From an uncultured Lachnospiraceae bacterium (GTDB taxonomy: Bacteria > Bacillota > Clostridia > Lachnospirales > Lachnospiraceae), in the NCBI GenBank assembly GCA_910585825.1, contig CAJUEY010000001.1, positions 93,135 through 157,134 on the forward strand: a DNA stretch of 64,000 nt. Direction: 5' to 3'. Numbering within the stretch: position 1 is the stretch's first letter; each line of letters starts with the position of its first letter. Below the pieces are notes generated by a model, which saw only the letters and a list, made by a program, of their open reading frames with translations, had not been told where the DNA came from and made no database searches. Positions 59,224-64,000 of the stretch are shown piece by piece. The position numbers were made by a program, and so were the translations under genes.

Positions 59224-61038
59224 TTGAAAAAACACAGTTACAGAGGATTTGGATTCTATGCGATGCTGGTTATCGTAGTGGTGGTCGTCTGGATGATGCT
59301 GGATGCAAGAGGAAATACTTCAGAATCCTGTACGATAACGGAATTGCAGAATGCATTGGATAGGGAAGATGTCATTTATATTGAAATTGAACAGAACCGG
59401 GAGATTCCTACTGGTATTGTAAATATTTATTTTAAAAATAATGTCTCAAAAGAACTGAATGTATCTGATGTGAATAAGATACAGGAGCTGCTGGAGGAAA
59501 AGAAGTTTTATAATTACTATGTAAAAGATGTTCCTCCGGAAAGCTGGATTTTAAATCTGCTGCCGCTGCTGATTGTTCTGGCGACCATGTTTATTTTATT
59601 TATTATTATGAGTAATCAGGCGGCGTCAGGAGGAGGCGGCGTCAAGATGATGAATTTTGGCAAGAGCCGGGCCAGAATGTTCACCAATGACAATATGATG
59701 AACTTTGGCAAAGTTGCAGGACTGAAAGAGGAAAAAGAAGAACTGGTAGAATTGGTGGATTTCCTGAAATCTCCCCGGAAATATATCCGCTTGGGAGCAA
59801 GAATTCCAAAGGGAATCCTGCTTGTAGGGCCTCCGGGAACAGGTAAGACTTTGCTGGCAAAAGCAGTGGCCGGCGAGGCGGGGGTGCCGTTTTTCAGTAT
59901 TTCCGGTTCTGACTTTGTAGAGATGTTTGTGGGCGTAGGAGCTTCCCGCGTCCGGGATCTTTTTGAAGAGGCGAAGAAAAACTCGCCCTGCATTGTATTT
60001 ATTGATGAGATCGACGCTGTGGCAAGACGCCGGGGAACCGGTATGGGCGGCGGACATGATGAAAGAGAGCAGACATTGAACCAGATGCTGGTGGAAATGG
60101 ACGGTTTTGGCGTAAATGAGGGAATTATCGTTATGGCAGCTACGAACCGTGTGGATATATTAGATCCGGCGATTATGCGTCCGGGAAGATTTGACCGTAA
60201 AATTCATGTGGGCAGACCGGATATTGGAGGCCGGGAAGAAATCTTAAATGTACATGCGAGGAATAAACCTCTGGGAGATGATGTGGATTTAAAACAGATT
60301 GCCCAGACTACGGCGGGATTTACAGGAGCAGATTTAGAAAACCTCTTAAATGAGGCGGCAATTAATGCTGCAAAAGCCGACCGGGCTTATATTGTGCAGA
60401 ACGATATCCGTCAGTCCTTTGTCAAGGTGGGGATTGGCGCTGAGAAAAAGAGCCGCATCATTACCGAAAAAGAAAAGAGAGTGACGGCTTTTCATGAGGC
60501 GGGTCATGCAATTCTGTTTCATGTACTGCCGGATGTAGGGCCGGTGGACACCGTATCAATCATCCCGACGGGATCAGGAGCGGCGGGATATACGATGCCT
60601 TTGAGTGAAGATGATAAGATGTTTAATACCAAAGGCCGTATGCTGCAGGAAATCGTTGTTGATCTTGGCGGCCGCGTGGCGGAAGAAATGGTGTTTGACG
60701 ATATTACAACAGGGGCATCCCAGGATATCAAGCAGGCGACGCAGCTTGCCAAAGCCATGGTAACCAAGTACGGCATGTCGGAACATGTCGGACTGATTAA
60801 TTATGACAGTGATGATGATGAAGTTTTTATCGGCAGAGATTTGGCCCATACGAGAGGTTATGGCGAAAGTGTCGCTACGCGGATTGATGAGGAAGTAAAA
60901 CGGATCATTGATGAGTGTTATGAAAAAGCAAAGAAGATTATACACGAACATGAGACGGTTTTAAATAAGTGTGCAGAGCTTTTGCTGGAGAAGGAAAAGA
61001 TCAACCGAGAAGAGTTTGAGGGATTGTTCCAGTTATAA
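59224..61038 (+). CDS. ftsH: ATP-dependent zinc metalloprotease FtsH
   Basis: [29 protein letters not shown] start after GGAGG. Confidence 0.97.
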   Translation: MKKHSYRGFGFYAMLVIVVVVVWMMLDARGNTSESCTITELQNALDREDVIYIEIEQNREIPTGIVNIYFKNNVSKELNVSDVNKIQELLEEKKFYNYYVKDVPPESWILNLLPLLIVLATMFILFIIMSNQAASGGGGVKMMNFGKSRARMFTNDNMMNFGKVAGLKEEKEELVELVDFLKSPRKYIRLGARIPKGILLVGPPGTGKTLLAKAVAGEAGVPFFSISGSDFVEMFVGVGASRVRDLFEEAKKNSPCIVFIDEIDAVARRRGTGMGGGHDEREQTLNQMLVEMDGFGVNEGIIVMAATNRVDILDPAIMRPGRFDRKIHVGRPDIGGREEILNVHARNKPLGDDVDLKQIAQTTAGFTGADLENLLNEAAINAAKADRAYIVQNDIRQSFVKVGIGAEKKSRIITEKEKRVTAFHEAGHAILFHVLPDVGPVDTVSIIPTGSGAAGYTMPLSEDDKMFNTKGRMLQEIVVDLGGRVAEEMVFDDITTGASQDIKQATQLAKAMVTKYGMSEHVGLINYDSDDDEVFIGRDLAHTRGYGESVATRIDEEVKRIIDECYEKAKKIIHEHETVLNKCAELLLEKEKINREEFEGLFQL

Positions 61039-61132
61039 TCATTTTTGGAATTGTATAATGTGCACAAAAACTGGGTTTGATTTTTGTGAAGTTTGTGCAC
61101 ACTGATTTTGAAAATAGTGGTATTATAATAAA

Positions 61133-61224
61133 CGTAGAAACCCCCCAATCATTAATAGTTTTTGCTACACCCATAGTAAAAATACCTTCTCCTAAAAAGA
61201 CAGCAGATTAACGGCTGTCTTTTT
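61133..61224 (+). ncRNA. Candidate ~90-nt C-rich small RNA
   Basis: -10 TATAAT at 61124; CCCCCC, hairpin with CACCCA loop, CCTTCTCCT, then an intrinsic terminator. Confidence 0.5.
61194..61224 (+). terminator. Intrinsic terminator
   Basis: AAAAAGACAGC/GCTGTCTTTTT. Confidence 0.8.
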
Positions 61225-61379
61225 ATATTACAGAAAAATATAGTTGCTGAAACGGCTGCGCCCGCGCGGCGGGCAGCAAAGAGAATCTTCTCTTTTCGAT
61301 AGAGTCGTGAATCTGAAAGAGACTGCCGGAGGCAGATTCTGCAAGTCATAAAAAGGATAAACAGAAAGAGGATCAAATA

Positions 61380-63488
61380 ATGAAACATAAATCGGTATAT
61401 GAAATAAATAAAATGCAGCAGTATATTATGCAGACGCGGCCTGTATTAGAGAAAGAGGCGTTATTTTCAGACGGAACCAAAGATTACCGGATTCCCACAG
61501 AGCCAAAAGAGAACGAAACAGTGACGATTCGTTTCCGCACGGCCAGGGATAATGTAGACCGGGTTGTTTTGTGTACAGAAGAAAACAGATATGAGATGAA
61601 ACTGGCAGAGTGTGACGGAACCTTTGATTATTATGCAGTGGAAATTTCCCTTGGTACGGAGGCTTTTTCTTATTATTTTGAAATTATATCAGGGATGCTG
61701 TGCTGCCGGTTTGACCGCTATGGTGTGACAACGGAGATACGGGAGGCGTATTTTTTCCGGATTGTTCCTGGGTTTTCTACTCCGGACTGGGCAAAGGGAG
61801 CTGTTATTTACCAGATTATGGTAGATCGTTTTTACAACGGAGATGAGACAAATGATGTGTTGAACGGAGAATATTTCTATGTTCACACCCTTAGCACAAA
61901 GGTGCCCAAAGAACAGTGGGAAAAATGTCCGGAGAATTTCAGCGTAGGAGAATTCTATGGCGGTGATTTGGAAGGCGTGCGGCAAAAGCTGAATTATTTG
62001 TCGAATTTAGGCGTGGAAGTCATTTATTTTAATCCGCTGTTTGTGTCTCCTTCCAATCACAAATACGATACTCAGGATTATGATCATATTGATCCTCATT
62101 TTGCAAAAATTTTGGAAGATGAAGGAGAGCTTTTAACGGAAGGCGTACAGGATAACAGGAGGGCGACCCGTTACTGCAGCCGTGTAACAAGCCGGAAGAA
62201 TTTAGAAGCCAGTAATGCTTTTTTTGCAGAGTTTGTCAAAGAAGTGCACAGCCGCGGCATGAAAGTCATTCTGGACGGGGCGTTCAATCACTGTGGTTCC
62301 TTCAACTGCTGGCTGGATCGGGAAAAGATTTATGAGGGAAAAGAAGGCTTTGCAAAAGGCGCTTATATCTCAAAAGACAGTCCTTACAGAAGTTACTTTG
62401 GATTTCGTGATGATGATGACAACGCATGGCCGGATAATAAGAATTATGAAGGCTGGTGGGGGCATGAAACACTGCCGAAACTGAATTTTGAAGGTTCTCA
62501 GATTTTATACAATGATATTTTGCGGATTGCCGGAAAATGGGTATCCGAACCTTACTGCGCAGATGGCTGGCGTCTGGATGTGGCAGAAGATTTAGGGCAT
62601 AGCAAAGAATTCAATCATCGTTTCTGGAGAGACTTCCGGGATGCTGTGAAAGAGGCAAATCCGGAGGCGGTAATTCTGGCAGAGCATTACGGAGATCCCA
62701 AAAACTGGCTGGAAGGCGACCAGTGGGATACCATTATGAATTATGTGGCGTTTATGGAGCCTCTGACATGGTTTTTGACGGGGATGGAAAAACACAGTGA
62801 CGAATATGTTCCGGAACGTATCGGCAAAATACAGGATTTTGAAGGAGCAATGCGTCATTATATGACGAGTTTTATGACATCTTCTCTGCTTTGTTCCATG
62901 AACCAGCTTTCCAATCACGATCACTCCAGATTTTTGACAAGGACAAATCACAAAGCCGGAAGAGTGGAATATCTGGGGGCTGCGGCTGCAGAAGAAGGTG
63001 TAGATTACCGTGTGATGCGGGAAGCTGTGTTGATTCAGATGACATGGCCGGGAGCGCCCACGGTGTACTATGGAGATGAGGTAGGACTTTGCGGTTTTAC
63101 AGACCCGGATAACAGGCGGACTTATCCATGGGGACATGAAAATCGTGAGCTTTTGGATTTTTACCGTGACTTGATTTGGATTCACAAGGGGAACGAGGCG
63201 TTTTGCACAGGCTCTTTCCGTTTTTTGGACAGTTCGGATCAGTTTTTGTGTTATGCCAGATTTAATAGGAAACAGCAATTTATTATTATTGTGAATAATG
63301 ATGATGCGGAAAAAACGACGCAGCTGCGTGTTGTCGGCGCCGGAGTGCCAGAGGAGGGTATGATGCGCCGCGTTATTGTTACAACGGAAAACGGTTATTC
63401 TTTAATGCCGCAGTATTATCCCATTAAGAAGGGAAACATATTTGTTTCTATGCAGAAAAAATCAGCGGTTATTTTAGAGAGAATTTAA
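61380..63488 (+). CDS. GH13 alpha-glycosidase (neopullulanase/maltodextrin glucosidase-like)
   Basis: YGGDLEG, SNHKYDT, FNH, GWRLDVA, AEH, NHD, YYGDE. Confidence 0.9.
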   Translation: MKHKSVYEINKMQQYIMQTRPVLEKEALFSDGTKDYRIPTEPKENETVTIRFRTARDNVDRVVLCTEENRYEMKLAECDGTFDYYAVEISLGTEAFSYYFEIISGMLCCRFDRYGVTTEIREAYFFRIVPGFSTPDWAKGAVIYQIMVDRFYNGDETNDVLNGEYFYVHTLSTKVPKEQWEKCPENFSVGEFYGGDLEGVRQKLNYLSNLGVEVIYFNPLFVSPSNHKYDTQDYDHIDPHFAKILEDEGELLTEGVQDNRRATRYCSRVTSRKNLEASNAFFAEFVKEVHSRGMKVILDGAFNHCGSFNCWLDREKIYEGKEGFAKGAYISKDSPYRSYFGFRDDDDNAWPDNKNYEGWWGHETLPKLNFEGSQILYNDILRIAGKWVSEPYCADGWRLDVAEDLGHSKEFNHRFWRDFRDAVKEANPEAVILAEHYGDPKNWLEGDQWDTIMNYVAFMEPLTWFLTGMEKHSDEYVPERIGKIQDFEGAMRHYMTSFMTSSLLCSMNQLSNHDHSRFLTRTNHKAGRVEYLGAAAAEEGVDYRVMREAVLIQMTWPGAPTVYYGDEVGLCGFTDPDNRRTYPWGHENRELLDFYRDLIWIHKGNEAFCTGSFRFLDSSDQFLCYARFNRKQQFIIIVNNDDAEKTTQLRVVGAGVPEEGMMRRVIVTTENGYSLMPQYYPIKKGNIFVSMQKKSAVILERI

Positions 63489-63496
63489 AAAATAAC

Positions 63497-63525
63497 TTGA
63501 AAAATAAGATTATCTGTGCTATAAT
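63497..63525 (+). promoter_or_regulatory. Sigma-A promoter of the tRNA pair
   Basis: TTGAAA-N17-TATAAT with TG extension. Confidence 0.75.
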
Positions 63526-63563
63526 TCAAATTTGTCAGGGCAGTTTTTATTGTCCGGCACAAT

Positions 63564-63645
63564 GGGCAGATTCCCGAGTGGCCAAAGGGGACAGACTGTA
63601 AATCTGCTGCAAATTGCTTCGGTGGTTCGAATCCACCTCTGCCCA
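63564..63645 (+). tRNA. tRNA-Tyr (GTA); CCA not encoded
   Basis: Acceptor GGGCAGA/TCTGCCC, anticodon loop CTGTAAA, long variable arm, GGTTCGAATCC. Confidence 0.95.
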
Positions 63646-63708
63646 TTCTGTTTTTCCTGATTCTGCCATAAGGCATAGAGGGATTAATTTAAAGATAGCA
63701 AGGTAACT

Positions 63709-63794
63709 GCCGCAGTGGCGGAACTGGCAGACGCCCGGGACTTAAAATCCCGTGGGTAGTGATACCCGTACCGGTTCGATTCCGGTCTGCGGCA
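63709..63794 (+). tRNA. tRNA-Leu (TAA); CCA not encoded
   Basis: Acceptor GCCGCAG/CTGCGGC, anticodon stem CGGGA/TCCCG with loop CTTAAAA, GGTTCGATTCC. Confidence 0.95.
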
Positions 63795-63803
63795 TTTTTG
63801 GAA

Positions 63804-63837
63804 ATGGCTTAAACGTAATGCGTTAAGCTGTTTTTTT
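63804..63837 (+). terminator. Terminator after the tRNAs
   Basis: GGCTTAA..TTAAGCT stem followed by a T run. Confidence 0.6.
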
Positions 63838-64000
63838 ATATAACAGAAATTCGCCCTCCAATATCCTGTTATAGAAACATGCTCCAGAAAAGACCGCGTT
63901 GCGGCCAAAGGAGAAATGTATCATGGGAAAACGTTATATCAGGAACGGCGGTTGTTTTTCTGTGATGTAAGAATAGAAAAGAAAGGAAGAGAAGGTTATG

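Noticed and set aside
63795..64000. Integrative element attachment site after tRNA-Leu
   Set aside because: Only a terminator-like hairpin is visible; no integrase or duplicated tRNA 3' end within the window

Overview
Chromosomal segment of a spore-forming, low-GC Firmicute. Gene content and synteny point to Clostridia, most likely Lachnospiraceae (inference). Most genes are on the + strand. The backbone is the conserved Firmicute housekeeping and sporulation block: prs, dnaC/dnaD-like, murC, glgCD, spoVG, pth, mfd, prsA, murA, SAM-I riboswitch with metK, proS, cca, cotS, pgm, hup, yabO/P/Q, divIC, spoIIE, tilS, hpt, ftsH, a GH13 enzyme, tRNA-Tyr and tRNA-Leu. Accessory items sit inside it. 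(1) A tandem pair of large secreted GH33-type proteins: the first keeps the sialidase catalytic residues, the second has lost most of them (pseudo-sialidase), and both carry two copies of an unrecognised module plus an LRR/basic tail. (2) A PD-(D/E)XK nuclease gene with an internal RBS+ATG, resembling Rpn gene-within-gene toxin/antitoxin defence systems. (3) An AT-rich two-gene islet (secreted protein plus small Zn-ribbon protein). (4) A candidate C-rich anti-Shine-Dalgarno sRNA behind ftsH. (5) A cluster of four perfect DnaA boxes ahead of the dnaD-dnaC-prs operon. (6) A 144-bp inverted-repeat-bounded structured element. No CRISPR array, rRNA, integrase or intact transposase was seen. All calls come from visual motif recognition; no database searches were run.
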